From assembly GCA_001179505.1 (NCBI GenBank), contig CDMY01000158.1, positions 117,272 to 181,271 of the forward strand: a stretch of DNA of 64,000 nt. The letters are read 5' to 3'. This DNA comes from Vitrella brassicaformis CCMP3155 (taxonomy: Eukaryota; Protista; Chromerida). The notes beneath the pieces were generated by a model. That model did not search any database. It had not been told where the DNA came from and worked only from the letters and a program-made list of their open reading frames with translations. A program made the position numbers and the translations under genes. Shown one piece after another: positions 48,315 through 59,583 of this stretch; positions within the stretch are counted from its first letter, which is position 1; the number at the start of each line of letters is the position of its first letter.

Positions 48315-50092
48315 ATGGCGGTGGAGGCGGTGTTTAAAGAGCTGCCGGTGCAGGCATCGCTGCCCGTAATAGGAGCACTGCCGGCGAGTCCCCCGTCCGG
48401 CCTCCTCACCCAGCACGAGGGCGGTAGCCACGCCCGCATCTTCACCACCGCCGACGCGCCGCACCTCCTCTGGAAGACAGTGCCGCTGGAGGACATGGAG
48501 GGTATGTCTGACGAGGAGGAGGAGAAGTGGAGGGTGCTACGGCAGGAGAGGAGGGTCATGCTCGCTGTCGAGAAGCGCAGCAACAACCTGGGCATCCCTC
48601 CTGACAGACGCCCCTTCCTTCCCCTCCTCGCACACCACACCGACCTCCGCAGCCCCGCGGCCATGTTCGCCTCGCCATCGCCCGCCAACGCCCCCGTCAC
48701 GCCAGAGGAGGCCGCCGCCATGTCGAGGGTTTTCGCCATACAGATGCCAAAACTCAATATGAGTAAGATAATTCACACTGAATCAGGGCATTTCATTAGT
48801 TCTTCATTTCCTGTCTGTGCCTTTGTGTGGGTGTGTGTGTGGGTTTGTGTGATTGGCGTCACTCAGGTGTGTATGGTGACCTGAGGAAGGTCTTGCCTTG
48901 GTGTGCGGCGATTTGTGGGGCCATCCGCAGCAGCCAGCTCCACCAGCCGCACACACAGGCGCTGCTCAAGGACCTGGCCCTCCACCAGCCGCACACACAG
49001 GCGCTGCTCAAGGACCTGGCCCTCCTTCTGCTGCGTGGGCTGGTGAGGCTACACAACGCCGCCATCCTGCTCGAAATCCTGGCGGAGGACAACATGTCCT
49101 CGGACGCCCTCGTGCCCATCCTCGACCGCATCCCTGCGGTGCGGGTCGACAGGAGCACGGGGGAAGTGTCCCTGCTGGGCGAGCTCAAGGACCTGCTCAT
49201 CCGCCAGCCAGCCCCCATCATCACAGACGACAGCAGCAGCATCGCATGCGACGAGCGCATGATAGACCTCGGCCACTGCCTGCGCCACAAGCCGACCACC
49301 CACCCGCCCCCCACCAGCATCGGACGGCTGCCGATCCTCGCCAGCATCGCCAAGGAGGACCAGGAGTACGACCAGATGTGGACCATCACCCCACACCACC
49401 ATGCTCCCGAGTTCTCGGTGATGCTGGCCAAGCAGTGGGCCGGTCAGCGGGCCAAGAGGCGCGAGCAGGAGGCGAGCGGCGTTGAGGAGGTCTACAGGGA
49501 TGGCTGGGATGTCGGGTGTGGGCTAACCGACGACGGCGAGGTCGATCAAGTCGAGGCCAGGGCGGGCCAGCTGCTGGGCGCCATGCAGGAGAGGGGGCTG
49601 GACGTGGAGGAGCCGCAGGAAGACGGGACGGTGAAGGCCAAGATGTGGATAGGGGAGGCGGCCATCGTGGGCGGCCTGGGGCTGGAGACGCTCTCCGTGC
49701 TGGTCGGCGAGCTGTTGCACGACCACATGGAGAGGCTGTCGCCGCCGCCCCGCGGAGCCGACAAGGACTGCCACCGGAGGCGCCTTTCAATACTCAACGG
49801 CCTCTTCTGGGAGGACACCCTAACCCGCGCCCTGCCGGTGGTGTCTGAGGAGAGCCGCTCGCTCTTCCAGCGGCCAGAGCCATGCATGCAGTGGGCGAGG
49901 GACGTGGGGAGCAAGCTGCGCGAGCTGGTGGTGGATAGCTTGAGGCCCATGCCGTGGGAGCGCATGGAGCGGCTGCCCAAGGGCCTCATCGACATGGATG
50001 CCCGGCTGCATGAGATGGAGGAGATGGTGCTGGCCGCTCACTGGGGGGCCACGAGTCCCTCCTTTCCTGCACCCATCACCGACGCGAATTGA
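48315..50092 (+). CDS. Pseudokinase family copy 2 (intron 48763-48866; 3' end altered by an early stop)
   Basis: EGGSHARI, LWKTV, QERRVM, LRGLVRLHNAAILLEILAEDNM, MIDLGHC, TPHHHAPEF, AKMWIG, LRPMPWERM. Confidence 0.8.
48938..49021 (+). repeat. Exact 42-bp in-frame tandem duplication (LHQPHTQALLKDLA x2)
   Basis: ctccaccagccgcacacacaggcgctgctcaaggacctggcc twice. Confidence 0.97.
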
Positions 50093-50269
50093 GTAAGCAC
50101 CCCCCCCAGGAGCCAGACGCCGCCACACCACACACACCGCCCCCGCACCACCACCTGCAGCAGCAGACGGTGAGTGAGTGAGTGAGTGAGAGGGGAGAGA
50201 GAGAGGGAGGCTGATCTGGTGTGTGAGTGTGTGTGTGTGTGTGTGTGTGCAGCAAGTGGGTTCGGAGGA

Positions 50270-50583
50270 TTGAGTAAGCCAGCTGATGTTTGCTGATGTG
50301 TGTGGTGGTGGGGGGCGGGTGAGAGATGGCTCTCCTGCCGCGATGTTGGGATCAATAGCTCTTTGGATACAGTGAATGACAACACTGGGATGCTGCTCGC
50401 TCGGTTGCTGATGGTCGTGCAACAATTAGTGGCCGTGGAGCAGCGTATCGTGGGTGCCGATGGATCTCTTATGTGTGAGAAATTCGATTGACCATGAGCA
50501 TTGAGCTACCGTCAGCCTTTGAATCGCTATAAGGGTCCGTCCATCCATCCATCCATTCTTAGAAAAGGCAGGCAGGCAGGCAG
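50270..50583 (+). repeat. Direct repeat, right copy
   Basis: Homologous to 47168-47590, with indels. Confidence 0.92.
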
Positions 50584-51222
50584 TCACACGGACACACGCA
50601 CGCACGAAGAGGACAAGCAGGCTGCTGATGTCGGGCAATCGTGTCTTGTATCGACAACAAGGGGGGTGGTAATTGAGGGGCCACTCTGTTTGTCGCTCTC
50701 CATCGGTCGCTCTCTATCGGATGGGCATGCCAAGGATGCATGCGGGGACAAATCAAACCCTCATCCACGCAATCCTATCTCACCTCACTGCACAATCCAG
50801 TCAGCCAGCCAAGCCTACCGATAGCAGCGAGTCGAGTCAGCCAGGATGTCTGTATCTAGTCAATCAGTCAGCCTGTCTATGGGTCTGTCTGCCTGTCTGT
50901 AGGGTAGGTAGGTGGTACGGTATGGGTGTACGTCTTGCATGCGTCACTCGGGGATCGATCGCATGTCCGCCAGATTCTTCTTCTGCTTCTTGCCCCCTGA
51001 CGGGACTGTCGCACACACTTACACACCCATACACAGCAACACTTGTGTCAGGTGGGTGCAGCGTCTCCGTCTCTTCTCTATTGTCATTGTTCTGACCTGA
51101 CGAGTCGCTGCGGGGTTTCTGGCCTCCGACGAGCGAGCTCACCGAACTATCAGTCGAAGGTTCCTCTGCAAAACAAGCGACACAAAGGACGTTGTTGCAA
51201 GCAGCACGTGGGGTCTTACATG

Positions 51223-54126
51223 TCACTCACCTGTGGCCATCAACGGCGGTTTGATGTCATCCTTCTTGGATCCCTCCTTCACCAACACACCCACTGACAT
51301 GAGCACACACATACACACACACAGAGGCACATGTGCACACTCACATATATGGCATTCGTGCAGGCCTACACTGCGATCCATCCACGCCTGCCTCAGCCGA
51401 GAGGCGGCCACACGCGCCAGCCGAACCTGCCAGGGGACACGCACCCAGACACACGCACATGCACTTAGCCCTGCCGGTGCGCCTTTCTCATCCTTGGTGC
51501 AGGGCTCACCATCCAACGACCCTGCAGAAGGACTGGCGGGAGACGCAGACGGCTTCTTGCTCTGCCCCAGGTGCCACTGGCTGTGCTTCTTGTCGCAGCT
51601 GCCCCCCTTGGCAACGGCGATGCCCTGCAGTTGCTTGACCACGGTCCGCACGTCGAGCTCCAGACCCTCATCCACAGCCTTGATGCTCCCGCCACGAACT
51701 GCATCTCCCCCGGCCCGCACCCCACTTTGAGCAGCTCAACCCTTCCTTTGTGTGTGGTTGTCTGTTACCTGGTAAGTAGTGGTATATGGTCCCAAACTCC
51801 TGTGGGATGGCGATGGTCGGCGGGTGGGATTTCATGATGTTGCCCGTGAACACGGCGCCGCCGGGGGTCTGCACGCGGTACATGTTGGCGATCGACGCCG
51901 TGGCACGGACCAGCGGCATCAACTGCTGCAGCTGCGAAACCACAGCGCCCTCCCACACACGCACCTGCACACACACATACACACAGACCATGCAGGCGAC
52001 ATAAGCATGGCTGTTCATCTGCTGCCTACCTGTTCGATGTTGTCAGCCAGGGGGACGTGCAGCGACAGCTCGGCCCACACGCGCTTCAGGCCTTCGGCAT
52101 GTCCACCGAGGGAGCCTCCGATGAACTGCACGAAGTCAGACACGCTCCCGTCCGTCAGCGAACCATCCGGGCTCTTCTCCTGGCACGCACACACGCACAC
52201 ACACAGACACACACGCACAGAGAGAGAGAGACAGCAAAGAGGGAAAAGAGACGTGCGGTTGTTGGCGTGCATTGTGATGTGTTGACTAACCGAAAAACCC
52301 ATCAGGTCCATCCATGCCGAGGCGTTGTGGTGCACGAGGCAGAGTACGCCATGCGGGTCGCCACGGCCCACAGAGCGCTGCTCGACCTCAGTCAGGTAGA
52401 AGGCGTTCTTCTTGAGAAACTTGGCTGCCAACGCTGCATGCACCATTCACACAACACAACACAACACACGGCACATGTCCATCGTGCAGTGATGGTTGGA
52501 CTTCAGGTACAGCTTACTTTTGAGTGCACAGTGGACTTCCTTCAGGCCCTGTGGCGTAGCCATGCCGGGGGAGTCTTCGAGGGCCTCGTATGCCGAGTTG
52601 ACCACCATCTGCAGAACGCACAGACGGCCCACTCGGCCAGGCTGCACCAGCGACACAGGTGACAGGATGGATCGATGAATGGATGGAGCGGTATGTGTTG
52701 TGCTGGCGTGCCTGCTGACCTTGATGCGACCCAGCTCCACTACGTTTCGTTTGTCAATGAGGAATGGCGTGAAGAGGTTGTTCAGCTCAGTCCACAGCGC
52801 ATCGTCGCTCGCCTCGATGTCGCGGTGCTGCACGTGCATACGCGCACACGAGCACACACACAGAACACACACGTGAGTGGTCATGTTGTCCGTGTGTATG
52901 TGTATGTGTGTGTGTTTTCTGTCACCCAGATATCGTAGTAGTGTTTGCGCAGCACCGTCCACAGGGACATCTCCAGCTTGAATCCAAACGCACCGCCCTT
53001 CTTCACGACATGAACGAACAAATCCTCCGTCGCCCTGCAACCAGCAGCAACCAGCACCGCCACACAATCTTCCCTGGCATGCATGGCGTGTTCCTGATCT
53101 GTGTGTTGTTCGCTCACACTATAGGCAGAACTTCCAGCATACTGCCGATGACGTATTTGATTGCCTTGGCTTCGTCGGATGACTCGGCAGAGACGTCCAC
53201 GACCCGAGCCGTGGAAGCCGAGATACTCATCTAATATCCCCCACACACACGCACACACGCATACACGCATAGACACAACATGCTCTCTCGCCATTCTCCT
53301 TGTTGCTGACCGTGACGACTCCTCGGAGGAAGAACGTGGCATCGCTCGGGTGGCGCTCCGCCTCCAGCGCCTGGACGGCCTTCTGCATCAGGCAGATGGC
53401 ATCGAGGGGGGGGATCCGGAGCAGGAATCTCACCAAGGGCTCCTGCAACCGAGAGAAATGTCAACATGGTCTTGGTAGCGGACGGTGTGCATCCCGTACG
53501 CTGAGGCTGGCCACGGCAGATGCGAATGAGTTCTCCATGCGACGAACGAAGTCCTTGCTAATGTCTAGCTCGGGAGTGTCGATGATCGCCCCACGGCGCT
53601 TGTGCGGGAGAAAAGGGGGGCTGACACATATACAACACAACACAACACCACACAACACAACACAACACAACACACACATGACCACACCACCACCATCCAG
53701 TTGTTTCCTCCCCGCCCGGCCTCACCTGTGTGTTTGTAGCTTCGATGCGCTCGGCGGCTGCGCGTTTCATCTTCTCGAACAACACGGGGTCATCTTTGGC
53801 CTACGAGAATGGATGAGCCAGGACGCAGGCAAGCGCATGTGTATCACCCTGCATGCTTCTACCTACCTGCGGCCCTTCCTCCGCCAGAAATGTGAGGATC
53901 TCGTCGACCCGAGCCATCACGTTGGCATCGGAGCTCCCCGTGATGGAGAGCTGAGAGATCATTCATCAGTCATCATGCCTTTTTCGCCCTGCTCTGTGAC
54001 AGTCAGTTGACTTACAGTCAGAAACTCCATCTTGCCTGCCATATCCATGTCCTTCCATGAGCGGCCCTTCCATATGCGGCCTCCAGCGGGCTCCATGACG
54101 TCGTTCGCCTGGCCGGTGCCGTCCAT
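51223..54126 (-). CDS. Multi-exon hypothetical protein, family B copy 1; 3' end uncertain
   Basis: Spliceable exons MDGTGQANDVMEPAGGRIWKGRSWKDMDMAGKMEFLT | LSITGSSDANVMARVDEILTFL | ... | KSPDGSLTDGSVSDFVQFI...GLKRVWAELSLHVPL | ...TIAIPQEFGTIYHYL. Confidence 0.6.
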
Positions 54127-55320
54127 TGCTCCTTGCTATGGCCGAGTGCGTCGCTCTGACAAGATTCAAAAGCCTCACACAGCTGCGGAAGGACAGCCCG
54201 CACAGCCAGCGAGCTCAAAAATTGTTTACACACACTTAAGACAGAGGTGTTGTGCAATCTCCTATTGTTGACAGTCTTGCAGAGCCACGAAGACGGCCGT
54301 CATTGTACAGTCACACATGCGGAAGATCCTACAGATACCCTAGTGTTGTCCGCCCATCAGCATGCTGTCATCAGTGCTGCCATCAGTGCTGCCCTTTTCA
54401 AGTGGCCAGGAAGCAAGTATTGCTGCCCACTTCTCTCATCCCATTCACCCCACTAAGCGTACCACATCAAAACGAGACGGCGGCGCATCAACCTGAGTGC
54501 GACTACGGCGCCGCACCCAGCGAGAGAGGCTGATTTGCCGGTCCACGACGACAGAGGCTGATTCGTCACAGTGCTGGCTGATTTGCCGCTCCGCGTCCGT
54601 GTGCGGCGGGCACGTCGATCGGCTGACAAAGCGGCACGATGATAGTTCGCACCCATCACCTCCCCGCGTAGAGAGGTTCGCCTTGAAGGAAACATCACGG
54701 GGCGGGCCTGAATCAAACACAACAAAGAACCCGTGGCAGCTCTCGTTCTTGTTGCACGACCTTAAGTCAGTGTGCCAGCCAGAAGGACGCAACTCATCAA
54801 TCAACTGGTTGAGCCAGTCGGTGTAACGGCCCGTTCGCACCCTCCCAGATGCTTCTCCAGAATTGCCGTGAGCCTCTCCCAGACGGCCTGCTGTGACGAG
54901 GGGCCGATAAGAGCTGATGCGTCAAAGAGGAGCGATGACGACTGCGGCGAGTTGCGCTTCAGATGGGGGTTCTCAAAGGCAAACGTCAGCTGCACCAGGG
55001 CACGGCGAAACTCACTCTCAAGCGACGAAGTCTCGCCATTTCTTCGCTGCGTGGCTCCAGCACCGACGGCAGATCCGCCCACCAGCTCGGAAGCAGCATC
55101 AGGGACGCGCTGAAAGGCGGCGGCTGGAGGCTTGACTGCGGCCTGAGTGACGATAGATCGATAGGTGCGGCCGGAGTGGCCCGTTGCAGCTGATGCACCG
55201 ATGTTCAGGAATGCTGCTGATTGTCAGGACGAATGCAGATGGCCATTCCAAGGGGGGGACGAGATTCGCGAAGTCGAGACAGATCCGTTTTCGGGATTTT
55301 TTCATTTATTTTCGGGTGGC

Positions 55321-55925
55321 TGGTTGGTTGTCCTGCATGGCGAAATACAATGTCGCGGCATGGACATCATGGGCTTCTCGGTCAGCCGACGCACACTCAC
55401 GCACAGCACACTCTCGCACTGCATGGTCTTGTTCCATCCTTTCTTTCTCCTCTCTCCGCGTGTGCCATCAATGCCGCACGACGGCACACTGACGCCTGGC
55501 AGCGTGGCTGGGTTCGTCGAGTTCATCAAGGAGTGGCATGGATACGAGAAGGGGCTGAAGCAAGTGTGGGCGGAGGTGACGAAGAAGGTGCCACTGATGG
55601 AGATCATCAACGAGACGAGAGAGGATAAGGTGGGCACGTGCACGAGTGACAGCACTCTTGGTCGTGTGGTGCGTTTGGTGTCATGTACTTACGCCTGTCT
55701 GTCTGTCTGTCTGTCTGTGTGCCTGTCTGTGTGCCGTGCCGCATCGAGCAGCTTTGGACCCCGACGACCATCCCCCTGCTGCCTCTGGCCACTCGTGCGC
55801 TCCACGGACGCCATTGCCGGCCAGAAGCGCCCCAAGGCCTTGCCGGCCGCTGCCGTCCTCCGCGCATCGCACTACGATAGAGATCCCTGACGACTTCAAA
55901 ACCATCTACAACCACCTCAACGGTA
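55321..55925 (+). pseudogene. Truncated, frameshifted paralog of family B in inverted orientation
   Basis: GMDIMGFS| intron at the same site as WMDLMGFS|; DGTLTPGSVAGFVEFI...GLKQVWAEVTKKVPL; PLVRSTDAIA, then a frame change to TIEIPDDFKTIYNHL. Confidence 0.75.
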
Positions 55926-56292
55926 AAAGCGGGAGGCAGACAGCCAGGCAGCAAGAGAGGAAAGACTGATGGACCAGGTGAAGGGGATCGGACTCAATAA
56001 GGGAGAACAAGTGCTGTTCTATGCTGTTGCTCAAGATCGACGAGAAGAAGCACAAGATGCTGCCCGTGACTCACGCCTACTACTCGCCCCTGATGAATGG
56101 GACGGTGCCCCTCTTTTCCGCGACGCCATCGCCAAGCTCGCCAAGGCCTCCCTGCAGGCGCCCTCCCATTCCCCTGATCTCGCCAGGTCATCCCTATACA
56201 TCGTTGCCTACATTTAAATTCGCGTAGCTTATGAGAGGATGACATGAAAATTAACAGCTCAGCAGTCAGCAATCGAGGCAGAGCAGACGCCA

Positions 56293-57404
56293 CGATGTCG
56301 GCCTCGAGCCCGACAATCCTGCGCTGCGCCAATGGACATGAGTACGAGCTGACGGGCAAGTTGAGCGGCAAAGCTTGCCACAACCTACTCGGGTGTGTTC
56401 GTGCTGTGACGGACGAGGTACTGTACACACTCACGCACAAATCAGACACTCAGGCGAGACGTGGTTGATGTGTTGGTTGCATCTCTCTGCTCTCTCTGTG
56501 TGTGTCCTTTGGCAGTCTGCTGGCGTAACGGTTGACGAGTGCATGAAAGCGTACTTTGCACAGGAGTCACTGCCAGGCGGCGTTCAAGACGCTAATGCTG
56601 CCAACCACCAACACCAGCAGCCTCGGCAGCACCGACCGGGGTGAGCGAGAGACCGGCAGTGCGGCAGCGGCTATCGAAACGAGCAGGCTGGTGCACCTGC
56701 GGGACTCGGCAAGTGCCGACCTCACTGCAATAGAGGAGGGGCCGACCAAGGCCCCCTTTGTGCGGATCTTCGGCGCCCACATCGACCCTGAGCGACCGGC
56801 CATGCTCGTCGAGGGCGATATCGAGACTTCTTGTCTGTTTGTCGCTATGGAACAGCTCCCACCAGGTGCGTCTGTGTGTCACACGAACGGAAGGAGGGAG
56901 GGAATCTAGAGAGGGGCAGAAAGAGAGGATCTCATATTCTCTGTCCCGTGTTCTTCTTCTCTTCCGTGTCTGTTGACTCACTCAATCAGATGCCTACACG
57001 CCGCTGGATGGGTTTCTGAGAGTGCAGTCCTTCACGGGCATCTCGGCGCGATTCCCGCCGCCCATCATCCCACCGGACTGCAACCCTGACGCCGCCAACG
57101 ACATCTGTGCAATGGCGGCAAGGCGGGCTGATCTGGCGATCCGCCGCATGACGCGGGGTTTGTGGTACATCACCAGGTGCCACAGGTCCCTGCTGATGCG
57201 GTTTGGCCTCTTCTGCCCGACAATATGCTCAAGGACATCTTCCTCCACAACGAGGCCCTCGACGAATTTGCCCTGCCTGAGCTCGACCAGACACACACCG
57301 TCGGATCCCCATCTGGAGCCATCAATCTGCCCAGCACCGGCGCGACCATGATCGACTTCGCGAGCAGCGTGCGGGTGACGCACAACGTCCCCAAAGGGCT
57401 CTGA
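56293..57404 (+). pseudogene. Exon-like remnants of an unknown gene (weak USP-finger-like words)
   Basis: ILRCANGHEYEL and VTVDECMKAYFAQESL bounded by GT-AG sites; no continuous reading frame established. Confidence 0.25.
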
Positions 57405-58509
57405 CAGCAAGCTGACCAATTGAAGCTGACGCCCCCAACGTGGCGTCCCTCCGTCCCCCCGCACACATCCACGGCCCGTGCGCGCCGGTGCCTCTGGACC
57501 GGCAACGGCAGCTGGCCGAGCATCAGCGGCCGACGGGCATCCCCGCCGCTTTGGACGAGGTGACGGCCCTGCTGCTGATTTGGAAGTGGCGGGCCAAGAA
57601 CAGTACTATGGGTAGCATGACGGCGGCCGAGCAGCAGGCCGTGTGGCGGCAGTGGCGAGGGCGGAGAACCGCACGAGGGCGGCAGGCAACGAGCGGCTGA
57701 TTAAGTGGGGGGGCGGGGAAGAACGACTGTGGATGGATGAGCAGACAGCCGTCAACGGCATCGGCACGGTGATCCTGCGCTTCTTGCGTGGGTACACAAT
57801 CGTGCCCATGATCGTGCCGGAGGCAGGCCGATCGATGAGGCCTCAAGGTCCAAGCGCTGGTCAAAGAGGCAGCTTTGATCCTGACGGGTGAAGGGGATGA
57901 TGGCGTATCGGTGCCTACATTTTATATTTGTTCGGCTTATGAGGACCATTTGCCGCAGTAGGCAGCTGAAGGCCGCCAGAGTGCAGGTGTGTGTATCGAA
58001 GAGGAACACACTTATGGCATTATGACGTCTCATTGCTCATGGTCTTCCTCATGTCTCTCTGCTGTTCTTCAGGCAGGAGGTCGACAGCGATATGTGTGTG
58101 TTCAGGATGGTAGTGTGTCGGATGAGCTGGTGTTGGACTCGCGGATGTGGGACGAGCTGGCGTAGCAGTTCGTTCCCTTCATCCTCAACAAAAATGTCAT
58201 CATCGGCAAAGCAAACCGGCTCAAGGTCAGCAAGCACATCAGCACCAGCACCAGCACCAATACCAACACGACACCACACCGCCGCCTCCCCTGCCGCTCT
58301 TTCACGTTTGTCGGTGGTGCAGGTGGGCGCCATGGGGGTGCTCGCCGTGCTCTGGCGACTGGCGCGCAAGGCGTACGAGGCCTTGGGGGCAGACAAGTAC
58401 ACCGTCATGCACCAGAAGCTACACGGGCTGCAGGATACCCTCTGCGCACTAGAGAGTGAGCCGATGACCATCCTCTGATCACCAAGTACATGTGCTTGAA
58501 ATGTGTGGT

Positions 58510-59130
58510 GGTCGAGTTGGTGTCTGTCGATGGCTGGGAGAGCGGCTGCGGCATCACCGATGACAGAGAGATGGCGCGACTGGAGGCCAAGCTGGAGGAG
58601 CAGCTGCGCCATTTGCAGGAGAGGGATCGACGGAGTTTGCCGGCCGATTGCTGCCTACATTTTATATCAGCGGACTCATCAGGAATTTTCCCGCACCACA
58701 TTCGTTCGCATCTGAGGATGGAGGACATGGTAAGACCAATACTCACAAACACACGTGGGGGATGAACGTCATGTGTATGTGTCGGCTGCTGTCATGTTGT
58801 GTGTGGTCTGGTCTTGTGTGGTGTGATGTCTTCTCTTTCAGTCCGAGTGGCCATCGAGAACAGCCTAAGCTGGGCCGATCGGCTGCCGAAGGTCCTCCCA
58901 CCTCCCGCCCAGTCGAGCCCGTCAGCAGCACCGAAGCCTCCTTCGCTGTTTCAGCGGACGGAGCCGTGTATGGAGTGGGCGAGAGAGGTGGGAGTGAATA
59001 TGCGGGAGCTGGTGCTGGACTGGGTGAGGCACATGTGAGAGAAGCGGATGAAGCGGCTGTCGCACGGCCTCATCGCCATGGACGAGCAACTGATGCAGAT
59101 GCAGCGCATAGTCAATACCCACTGGGTCCA
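58510..59130 (+). pseudogene. Scrambled mosaic of pseudokinase copy 1 fragments
   Basis: 58510-58625 matches about 24650-24770; 58713-58841 matches about 23735-23850 (intron); 58842-59130 matches about 24150-24470; stop after VRHM. Confidence 0.85.
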
Positions 59131-59583
59131 CCAAACCAGCGAGCGGCCAACAAGTAGGCAGACATGGAGACAAACAGGAAAGATTATCACTTTTATGTCT
59201 CGCATTTGCTCGTGTCCATTTTAGGTCATCCACCTGCCCACATTCTATATCTGATGCCGGAGGAGTAGGTCAAATGCGACCATTCCATAAAGTATGCTGT
59301 ACGAAACACGACTTGGCCATTATGGGGATATCATCGACATGCTGCTTACACGTTACATTTTCAATCTGTGTGCCACCTCTGCTTCCTGCTGGGTATGCCC
59401 TCAGACAGCACTCAACTCACGAGCAGCGCATTTCCATTGATCGACTGATCAAATTAACATTCCATGCTCATTTCTGACATCCACTGGCCAGTCAGAACAA
59501 CATCAGACGCCTTCCTGCGGCTTTTTTCCATGATCGCGAGTCGGTCGCGAGCTTTTAAGCTTGCGTGTTGAGAGAAGAGAAGG

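Noticed and set aside
47168-50583. LTR retrotransposon (the repeats can be read as TG...CA)
   Set aside because: No target-site duplication (cgagt versus gtcac), no PBS/PPT seen, and the interior encodes a kinase-fold gene with an intron, not gag/pol.
54445-55082. Minus-strand ORFs with protein-like composition
   Set aside because: No recognisable domain or paralog in the window; cannot be supported as a gene.
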